DNA of 37,118 nucleotides from a virus (Duplodnaviria; Heunggongvirae; Uroviricota; Caudoviricetes): IMG/VR virus record IMGVR_UViG_2880329822_000001, positions 64,001 to 101,118 of that record; one strand, 5' to 3'. Shown piece by piece: positions 9,076 to 16,460 of this stretch (position 1 is its first letter; each line of letters starts with the position of its first letter). The notes under the pieces were generated by a model. It saw only the letters and a program-made list of their open reading frames with translations, ran no database searches and was not told where the DNA came from. The position numbers and the translations under genes were made by a program.

Positions 9076-9336
9076 TTACTTCCTATGTGCTGCAACGAAC
9101 TCTTTCACGGTTTTTAGCGCATGATAAAGGCCGACGATATCCGAACCATAGTCGATGCAAACGGGGGAAAGTGAAGTCTTCCCGTCATGTGATGAATAAG
9201 CCGATGTGGTAGTTGCGGGATAATCGTGGCGATAGCAGACCGCAGTCTTGGGGTGTCGCAGATAAGCGATTCCTCTTTCAAGATCGTAGATTGCGCGTTG
9301 CAGGTCACGCTCCTGTGATCTGGTTAATTTTGCCAT
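9076..9336 (-). CDS. Hypothetical protein, 86 aa
   Basis: RBS GAGAG; in an operon with 9351-9632. Confidence 0.75.
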   Translation of the reverse strand: MAKLTRSQERDLQRAIYDLERGIAYLRHPKTAVCYRHDYPATTTSAYSSHDGKTSLSPVCIDYGSDIVGLYHALKTVKEFVAAHRK

Positions 9337-9350
9337 CGTAAAAATCTCTC

Positions 9351-9632
9351 TTAATGCAGCAATGCGATATCGATTGAATCACCTGAATCTGTCACGCGGA
9401 TCATCAGCATGGCGAAGGCATTTAATGGGTAGCCGGCGTGCCAGTACGGGAAGCGGTCATCGCGCATGAAGTCGGCAATGTCATAAACACTGTCCTGATA
9501 ATGAAAAAAGCGAGTATCGGTCTGCTTATCGAAATCGACGTGATCCATTTCCTGCTGCTCTTCAGGTGACAGGTCGAGCCAGGATTCCAGCCATACATTT
9601 TCTGCTTTCGTGGAGATGGTGAAATCAGTCAT
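9351..9632 (-). CDS. Hypothetical acidic protein, 93 aa
   Basis: RBS GGAGA; overlaps the upstream ORF stop. Confidence 0.8.
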   Translation of the reverse strand: MTDFTISTKAENVWLESWLDLSPEEQQEMDHVDFDKQTDTRFFHYQDSVYDIADFMRDDRFPYWHAGYPLNAFAMLMIRVTDSGDSIDIALLH

Positions 9633-9867
9633 TTTTCATCTCCATAACCTGTTGGTACAAGTCAGTCCATGACCATTCATCATCGGGATGTGGATGAGCA
9701 ATGGTGAAGTTCTGGCTTGCGATGTTTAGTGCGGCTTCCAGCTCAACTGCGATATACGAGACGGGTTCTGAAAAACCATCATTCTCAAAACAAGCGATCA
9801 TATGGTTATTCAGAAAAACAGCTTCAGCACCGCCATCAGTTTGTATAAAGACCAGTTTGTTAACCAT
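9625..9867 (-). CDS. Hypothetical acidic protein, 80 aa
   Basis: RBS AAGGA; motif-B cassette at 9888-9950. Confidence 0.8.
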   Translation of the reverse strand: MVNKLVFIQTDGGAEAVFLNNHMIACFENDGFSEPVSYIAVELEAALNIASQNFTIAHPHPDDEWSWTDLYQQVMEMKND

Positions 9868-9994
9868 GTGCGCAATCCTTATCGTGTAAACATTTTGTTT
9901 TCTTGATGGTGTTATTATCGCAATTCAGACAAGGTAGAAAACATTTTGTTATCGGGGATAAAAAATGGCGCGGGATACACGCCATTTGAAGAGA

Positions 9995-10390
9995 TTAAGA
10001 AAATGCGCTTTCAGGCAGCTCATCACTAGCCGGCACGTTTGAGGCGATACGAAGCCCGTATTGCCCCAACCATGTATTGCCTGGGTTCAGATGAGATTCA
10101 AACACCTCATTTGCCCTGATCATGTACTTCTCAAACATAGCTTTATCAACACTGCGGAAATAGGTCTCAAGTTTGAGCAAAATAGGGTCAGATGCATCGC
10201 TTATAGTCTGGCCACCAACGGCATAAGTGGCGCTCTTCTCATCGCCTGTACGAATCAGTGTACTGGTATGCAGATCGTTGCCATTTAAGGAATCTTTCAC
10301 AACTACGGTAATGCGAACCACATTAGCGCCTCCTGCTTTACCGGAGGCATAAAACAAATCCATTGTCAGATTTTCACGCAAAATACTCAT
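9995..10390 (-). CDS. Hypothetical protein, about 131 aa
   Basis: RBS AGGGAG; motif-A palindrome at 10430; hairpin terminator about 9962-9988. Confidence 0.8.
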   Translation of the reverse strand: MSILRENLTMDLFYASGKAGGANVVRITVVVKDSLNGNDLHTSTLIRTGDEKSATYAVGGQTISDASDPILLKLETYFRSVDKAMFEKYMIRANEVFESHLNPGNTWLGQYGLRIASNVPASDELPESAFS

Positions 10391-10510
10391 AATCAACTCC
10401 CTGTTATTGGTCGATGTAATGTTATTATTATAGGTAAGTGCTTACAATACAAAAAACCCCGAAGGATCGACGGGGCTGTCGTAAATTCGACTAATCGGTG
10501 TTGCACATGA

Positions 10511-10822
10511 CTATGCTATGGCGAGGGTTGTTGCGCGTTGAATTTCCTGCTGGGCGACCTTGTTAACTTCCAGTAAAGCCAACTCCAGATCTGACTCAGG
10601 CCAGATAACTTGTTTAGCCACCCAGCCTTTCCCACTATGGCGCCGGACGTTCATTACAATGCGCTTGCGAGAAGTTTCGCCGAAGACGACAACGGTCTCT
10701 TTGAAAAGTCGGATGGCTGTGCCGTTGGCCATAATGTCCAGTAAAGTGATCGAACCGATTATTGCAGGTTTGTCTTTGCGAGGCTGGAGTTTATCCAGCT
10801 TCAAAATCATCTCGGTATTCAT
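10511..10822 (-). CDS. Hypothetical protein, about 103 aa
   Basis: Start moved to MNTEM because the track's N-terminal extension spans the motif-B cassette at 10835. Confidence 0.75.
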   Translation of the reverse strand: MNTEMILKLDKLQPRKDKPAIIGSITLLDIMANGTAIRLFKETVVVFGETSRKRIVMNVRRHSGKGWVAKQVIWPESDLELALLEVNKVAQQEIQRATTLAIA

Positions 10823-10960
10823 TACACACTTCGTAAACAACTTGTTTTCTTGTTGGTGTAAATAATACCAGTGTGAAAACGGCCACCAAACGAAGCGTTC
10901 CGGCATTCAGCTGGCCGCAGGCCACAATCACTCAAAAGCCACCTGCTGGTGGCCTATCTC

Positions 10961-11179
10961 TTAACATTCTTCGTCAGGGAATTCCTCTTTTATTGCGACC
11001 ACCAACTCACGTTTCTCTTCTTCCGTAAGCAGGTGCCAGATATCCTTCCCTTTGGGTGATTCCCCTTCTGCCGGGACGAACGACCACAGCTTGCGATACA
11101 GTTCCGGCTCTACAGCATCCAGACATTCAGCGAGAGAGTCGACGCTCCAGACTTCCACAATCACGGGCAGATCCATCAT
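10961..11179 (-). CDS. Hypothetical acidic protein, 72 aa
   Basis: RBS AAGGA; motif-B cassette at 11193; hairpin about 10926-10953 downstream. Confidence 0.8.
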   Translation of the reverse strand: MMDLPVIVEVWSVDSLAECLDAVEPELYRKLWSFVPAEGESPKGKDIWHLLTEEEKRELVVAIKEEFPDEEC

Positions 11180-11535
11180 TTATCCTTTTTCTAAACATGT
11201 TGTTTTCTTGATGGAGTTATTATCGCAATAACAAACAGGTAAAAAGAATTTTGTGTCGGGAAAGAGAGATTTGAGAGTGAACAGTTAAGTTCACCACGGG
11301 ACTAACTTTTTACATTATTCCGTTTATCACACCCCGCAGACCATTGCGCAGAATATTCTTCTCCCCGAAAACCTACTGAAATAACTTGAGACCAGAAGAT
11401 GGTCTGGCAGAATAGAGTTCAGCATCTGCACGCAGCGGGAAGAAACCAACCGCAACCCAACGGTGTACCGCCATACAATCAGCCGTCCCAGCGGCATTTT
11501 ATCTCTATACCGACACACACCCTTTCCATGACGGG

Positions 11536-11569
11536 AACCCAGCCGTTTCCCGAAAATTTTCTGGCCGTT
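11536..11569. repeat. 34-bp direct repeat, copy 2
   Basis: Identical to 8258-8291. Confidence 0.9.
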
Positions 11570-12735
11570 CCCAGTCAGTCAGGCAGCCTTTCGCCTTCTG
11601 GACACCATCGTTGATTCTCGCGGTGGTTCTATCACTCGTCCGACCGAAGGGATGTCAAGGGTATGGATACTATGGGTTGAATAAATGCGAGAGAAGTAGC
11701 GATCCCCCTCTTCCCCCTCCCACTTATATCTCTCTCTCGAAAAGCTCTTATCGACAGTTATATCTCTACTGTTTTTCTCTCCTGTGGAAGTGCAAATCTT
11801 CCTTCTGATAACGTTCTATAGGGAGACTATTTCTGTGGGTGAAATGGGTGGTTTGTTCTCTCTATCGGCGTATGTGTTTTCGTTCTTTTTGAGATGGTTC
11901 TTCGCTGTATTTTCGTCCGGGTGGTTATTGTCGTTTTGGTGAGTTTTCTTCTCCGTGTATGGAGTAATGGCAGGTGCATTTTTCTCTTCGTTTACGTGAG
12001 TTGATGGAGGTGTGGGTAATGTCAGTGGGGCGCTTTTCTTGTTCTTCGCATATGGAGTAATGGCGTTCCCTATTTTCAGGAGTTTGCGCTCTTCCTGAAT
12101 AATGGTGGGTCAGCGAGATGGTGAAGGTTCCTGTTCCGGTCTGGGTTTATCGGGTATTTCGTTCCGACTGTTATTCTCAGTATATTGGCAATAGCGTGTA
12201 GATTTTTTCGTGCGCGAGCTGCGCTTTCTGTTGCCTGGGATGGTTAGGTGGGTGGTCGGTAGCCTTGATGGAAGAGGTTGGTCTTTTAGGTAGCCTGACA
12301 ATAAGAGGTGGGTCTTTGCGGGATTGTGGGTGATGGCGTCTCTGGATTTCCTGTAGGTGTAATTAACTTGTTTTCTAATGCCTGAAAACAAGTTGTTTAG
12401 GAGTCGAATATAAAGCAACGAGAGCGATTCTTAGCGTGTATTTTTTTGGGTGGTATCATGAGTCGTTTAGATGTAAACGTCGCAGGGAAGTGGGTTCTGT
12501 CGCTCAGGATTCATGGTATAAGAGATGGCTTGTGCAAACGTCAACTTTTTAGACCAAACCAGTAGAAAGCATTGACATTTCTTTGATGTGTTATTTATTT
12601 GTTTTCTCATATGCGTAATTAACGGAAAGCCCTTGTCACGCCTGGTCTGGTGTAGGTTGGGAGAGTGGAGAAAGTGGCGATCAACGGACTCTTATAGAAA
12701 TCCTCATTTTGTGACCGCCAATGTCAACGATTTGA

Positions 12736-12921
12736 CTAAATCAGATGGTCGAGTTCATCGTTGATTTCCTCTCTCAGGGAGGAATCGTTTACACCCCACG
12801 CGTCAATCCTTTGCCTCAACTCTGGACTGAATTGCATATAGATGCTGTGGATGGTTTGTGGGGTAGGGGTTAAACCTCTCATCGCAATGCACTGGTACAG
12901 GTATGACTTTTCACTGAACAC
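12736..12921 (-). CDS. Hypothetical protein, 61 aa
   Basis: GTG start, RBS GAGGG; co-oriented with 12966-13522. Confidence 0.5.
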   Translation of the reverse strand: MFSEKSYLYQCIAMRGLTPTPQTIHSIYMQFSPELRQRIDAWGVNDSSLREEINDELDHLI

Positions 12922-12965
12922 TGTTAAATGCCCTCATTTGATTGAAAAGTGCATTTTAACCTTAG

Positions 12966-13283
12966 TCACCAGTCCCATGAGGTAAGTCCGTCCACCAGCT
13001 CGGCATCACGATCGAAATGTACCGAATCATACCCAGCATCAAGTATGGTTTGAATATTGGCGATCGTGTCTTCCGAGATGCCAAACTCACTCAGCTCTTC
13101 TTTCCAGTCATTTCCCCGCATTCCTGCACGAATGATCCATCCGTACTCAGTGCCGTGTACCCAATTCAGTCCGCGATCTGTGAGTGGGTCAAAACAGGCG
13201 ACAGGCAAAAGCTCGGAGTCTGCGATCGTAACGTGGGCGGTGCTAATCACCGCAGTCTTGTAGGATTCAGTGATTTTCAGCAT
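12966..13283 (-). CDS. Hypothetical acidic protein, 105 aa
   Basis: RBS AAGGAG; VISTAH...GTEYGWII...GYDSVHFDRDA pattern typical of small plasmid/phage proteins. Confidence 0.8.
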   Translation of the reverse strand: MLKITESYKTAVISTAHVTIADSELLPVACFDPLTDRGLNWVHGTEYGWIIRAGMRGNDWKEELSEFGISEDTIANIQTILDAGYDSVHFDRDAELVDGLTSWDW

Positions 13284-13522
13284 GACACTTTCTCCTTCGG
13301 AAACAGATTGTCTGCCGTATCAGAAATGACATCCCAATTCACGCCGACGTTCGCATCATGGCAGTCCTTAATTTTACGCATCACCTGAACGCACTGTTCG
13401 TCTGTCAGATCTGGGCGCACTTGAGCAACGTCTTCCTTGTGCCACATAACCATCAGTAGCGGCTCATCTTCCGGGTAGTTATCCAGCTTCTCAAGAATTT
13501 CTTTTGCTGCTCCAAACATCAC
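13277..13522 (-). CDS. Hypothetical protein, 81 aa
   Basis: RBS AGAGG; double motif-B operator at 13530 and 13578. Confidence 0.8.
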   Translation of the reverse strand: MMFGAAKEILEKLDNYPEDEPLLMVMWHKEDVAQVRPDLTDEQCVQVMRKIKDCHDANVGVNWDVISDTADNLFPKEKVSC

Positions 13523-13756
13523 AACCTCTAAACAATTTGTTTTCTTGTGTTCTTTATTATCTCAAATAACAAAATCTAGAAAACAAAATGTTTACGGTGA
13601 TGTGTTAATGCAAGGTATGCAGCGACTAAATGAAATATGCCCTGCTGATTACTGGGCATTTGACGGAAGGTTACTTAATTCTGTTTAGAATCTCACGTTG
13701 TAATGAAACCTTTTCAGGGTATTCTGTGAAAATAACACTCTCGGAAAAGGATATTT

Positions 13757-14326
13757 ATGCCTAACTGTATTCCGCTAAACCCTAAGCTACCTGCCAATTT
13801 TGACATTACGCCAAATGAAGAGCGCTCGAAGGCTCAACTCGATGCCTGGTGGGATCACCCTTATTGTGTCACCTACAATGGGAAATTCCTGGTGTACTGT
13901 CTGAATGGCGGTGCATGGGACAGACCAACGATGCTAGGGCAGGCTGACACATATGATGAAGCGTGCGAACTGGCGGAAAAGAAACAAGCTAAATGGGTAA
14001 AAACACGTGCCCAACCGACATTCCTGTACTCTACAGAACCTCCTTTCATTCTCATTCGACAGCCACAACGCCCAGACCACCAGCCGGTTGTTGTGGGTGA
14101 GTTCGCCACTATGGAAGAAATGAATATGTTCTCGTTGACGCAGGAAAAAAACGAGGCTGTAGAGGTTGTACCTACCCTCAATCATAATCACATGAACCTG
14201 TCTCAACTGGCCTGGTATAGCAATGCGCTTGAGATGTCTATCTCGAAGCTGGGGAACGAAGCAAACTCATTAAGCGAACTTCGGGAATTCGTGATTAAAC
14301 GCATCCGCGAAGTGCAGAACGGATAA
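13757..14326 (+). CDS. Hypothetical protein, 189 aa
   Basis: RBS AAAGGA; upstream TGTGAAAATAACAC (13725) matches the motif-B extended -10 without the operator. Confidence 0.8.
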   Translation: MPNCIPLNPKLPANFDITPNEERSKAQLDAWWDHPYCVTYNGKFLVYCLNGGAWDRPTMLGQADTYDEACELAEKKQAKWVKTRAQPTFLYSTEPPFILIRQPQRPDHQPVVVGEFATMEEMNMFSLTQEKNEAVEVVPTLNHNHMNLSQLAWYSNALEMSISKLGNEANSLSELREFVIKRIREVQNG

Positions 14327-14360
14327 AGGGGAATACGGTTTTAAAACTGAGGGAAAATGA

Positions 14361-14573
14361 ATGAAAATTACCGCAGATCAGTTCGTAACGCGTAGTGGCC
14401 GTAGAGTTCTGACCGATGATGGCCAGCAAGGTATGGGTGGGGAGCATGGAATAGGGTCCACCACTGAGAGAAAACAGGGTCAGGTAGCAGCGGCGATTTA
14501 TGCAAACTGCGCCGAATTAGACAACAATCAGCTTGATGAAATAATAGAGTGGGTTCGCGTGTTCAAGAGCTGA
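14361..14573 (+). CDS. Hypothetical protein, 70 aa
   Basis: RBS GAGGG; co-oriented with 13757-14326. Confidence 0.75.
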   Translation: MKITADQFVTRSGRRVLTDDGQQGMGGEHGIGSTTERKQGQVAAAIYANCAELDNNQLDEIIEWVRVFKS

Positions 14574-14612
14574 CCTGTTATAACACCGGTCTCTGTAGAC
14601 TCTCTCCATAGC

Positions 14613-14640
14613 AAACAAGCGCCCCGAAGAGCGCTTGTTT
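14613..14640. terminator. Bidirectional Rho-independent terminator
   Basis: AAACAAGCGC-cccgaaga-GCGCTTGTTT between convergent units. Confidence 0.75.
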
Positions 14641-14780
14641 TACCTTGCCCCATAAAATGGGGAACTTCGTATGAGTCGGCCATATAGCCGGTTTATCCCC
14701 GCATAAGCGGGGAACAAAACTACAGTAAGAAAACAATTTTCTATAACTACTGGGTTATCCCCACGTTATGTGGGGAACAG
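14641..14780 (-). CRISPR. Orphan mini-array of type I-E-like repeats (2 good repeats + 1 degenerate; spacers 33 and 22 nt); no cas genes in the window
   Basis: 14689-14717 CGGTTTATCCCCGCATAAGCGGGGAACAA and 14751-14780 TGGGTTATCCCCACGTTATGTGGGGAACAG versus the E. coli I-E repeat reverse complement CGGTTTATCCCCGCTGGCGCGGGGAAC(A/T)C; degenerate CCCCATAAAATGGGGAACT ends at 14666. Confidence 0.7.
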
Positions 14781-14787
14781 GGACACA

Positions 14788-15063
14788 TTATTCCGTTGGC
14801 GACACTCTGTCAAGCCACGGCTTCAGACCAACACAAAAGGCGTGAAATTCTTCCGGTTTTATCGTATTGGTACGGTTAATTCGCTGACCATGTAGGTCGG
14901 AGTTTCCGGTTGCATTTTTTGTAGCAGTACTACTCCGTAACCAGCTATCAACGCGACTTTTAGATACAGTAACACCTCCAAGTGCAATAATGTCTGCAAT
15001 GTCAGATCTGTTAAGCTCCAATGCTGACGCAAGAAGCTTTATCTGGGTTGTTTGAATCGACAT
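14788..15063 (-). CDS. Hypothetical protein, 91 aa, weakly DUF1456/YehS-like HTH-type
   Basis: RBS AAGGA; LELNRSDIADIIALGGVTVSKSRVDSWLRS pattern; stop 7 nt before the first CRISPR repeat. Confidence 0.75.
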   Translation of the reverse strand: MSIQTTQIKLLASALELNRSDIADIIALGGVTVSKSRVDSWLRSSTATKNATGNSDLHGQRINRTNTIKPEEFHAFCVGLKPWLDRVSPTE

Positions 15064-15107
15064 ACGTTATCCTTTATGAATTAGCCAGTTAGATCTGGCA
15101 TAACGAT

Positions 15108-15557
15108 TCATTCGCTGAGGTGCTTTTGTTTAGCCAGGAGCAAATCTTTAACGGTGACATTATCAGGCAATACCGGCATACCATAGCCGTCTGTTTCATA
15201 ACCATGAACATCAATGACCGTTCCATTCTCATTAAGCAAAAACAATCTGCCGTCGATATCAAAACAGTCACGCTTTTCTGTATATAGGTCACTCCGGACA
15301 CTGTCTAACTTTATTCCCGGTATATAAATAATACGCTCATAACCAGGCTCATGACGCAATTCACGCGCAAATCTGTCTGCATGACGAGAAATCATATTCG
15401 CTCTGTCGTGTGCCAGTGACAACAGGCCTCGAATGAGGTTATCAGGTATGGTTCGTGTTCCACTGGCCCACTTCCTGACCAGACTGTCGTCAGTACCAAG
15501 ATGCTTTGCCAGGGCTGGCTTCCAGTGCCGCATAATCAGACGCCAGAACCATGTCAA
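15108..15557 (-). CDS. HTH-containing protein, probably truncated at the N-terminus
   Basis: HWKPALAKHLGTDDSLVRKWASGTRTIP is an XRE-like HTH; the native 5' end appears replaced by a fragment of another gene. Confidence 0.6.
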   Translation of the reverse strand: MTWFWRLIMRHWKPALAKHLGTDDSLVRKWASGTRTIPDNLIRGLLSLAHDRANMISRHADRFARELRHEPGYERIIYIPGIKLDSVRSDLYTEKRDCFDIDGRLFLLNENGTVIDVHGYETDGYGMPVLPDNVTVKDLLLAKQKHLSE

Positions 15558-15617
15558 CGCAGAACGATTCAGACTGGACTGGTGGAGATAAATCAGATGG
15601 GGGTGCGGTGTAAATTT

Positions 15618-15788
15618 TTACCTGTTGCATTTATCTTTCCTCAGTATCGCATTCAAATATTTATTCTCGTTAATAGAAGGGAATGAATTGCGCTGCAATA
15701 ATTCTTCGCGTGTAGGCATTGGTTTAATTTTGTGCCTAATAATAAGTTCAGCGGGTAGAATTTCTGGGTTGTAAGAAACGCCTCTCAT
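15618..15788 (-). CDS. 56-aa phage protein resembling a short P22/lambdoid early-region family
   Basis: Below the track cutoff: [56 protein letters not shown]; RBS GGAGAG; family recognised from memory only. Confidence 0.7.
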   Translation of the reverse strand: MRGVSYNPEILPAELIIRHKIKPMPTREELLQRNSFPSINENKYLNAILRKDKCNR

Positions 15789-15938
15789 GATTTGCTCTCC
15801 ACAAAGTCGTTAACCGCTTTACTCAGTGACAGACTAAGCGTCTCGATATGCTGTTGTAGCGCCTGAAATGATTGCGCTTCTGGCCTATACCCCATGAGCG
15901 CCAGCGGCAAACATATGGGCTTTGGTAATACTGGACAT
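15789..15938 (-). pseudogene. 5' remnant of an HD-domain (SpoT/Mesh1-like hydrolase) gene fused to the 3' end of another gene
   Basis: MSSITKAHMFAAGAHG then, after a one-base shift, IGQKR (compare the A..AH.GQ.R pattern). Another frame, EAQSFQALQQHIETL...VESKS*, ends in an ATGA overlap with the 15788 start. Confidence 0.5.
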
Positions 15939-16030
15939 ACTTAACTCCATTGTTTTCTTGATGTGGTTATTTTCACATACAAGAAAAGGCAGAAAACAAA
16001 TTGTTAAAGGCCACTGCTGTGGCCTTAAAT

Positions 16031-16402
16031 TTATTCAGCAAGCAGCGTTTTCATCATTACTTGCATCTCGCTTTCCCGCTCTTTGGCGATACGTGCATTC
16101 TCTTTTTCCACAAGACGCTTCAATCTCTCCATCGTGGCAAAAGACGCTCGACGCCTGGCGCTCTCATCAATAGCGTGAGCATCCATTGAGATAAGGAAAC
16201 CAAAGTACTGAAAGCCCATGCCGACGAAAATCTCATAGAGCCTTGAGTCACACTCGAACAAAGCGATGCCGTTCCGAACCTCAAGTAGCACTCCCTCTTC
16301 CATCAGCTTCGCCAACCCTCTGTCCCATACAGGGCAGTAGCGATAATGGAAACCGTCAAACAGTGCGGTACAAAACAGTGAAATGACATTTCTAAACTTC
16401 AT
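16031..16402 (-). CDS. Hypothetical protein, about 123 aa
   Basis: RBS GAGAGAG; motif-A site at 16442; hairpin AAGGCCAC-tgct-GTGGCCTT downstream. Confidence 0.75.
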   Translation of the reverse strand: MKFRNVISLFCTALFDGFHYRYCPVWDRGLAKLMEEGVLLEVRNGIALFECDSRLYEIFVGMGFQYFGFLISMDAHAIDESARRRASFATMERLKRLVEKENARIAKERESEMQVMMKTLLAE

Positions 16403-16460
16403 AATTTCTCTCTCAGTAATCTGTGCCAATTCTTACACAAAATAAGTAAGCATTTACCTA

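Noticed and set aside
11327-12418. Short track ORFs in the non-coding tract
   Set aside because: No RBS and biased low-complexity composition
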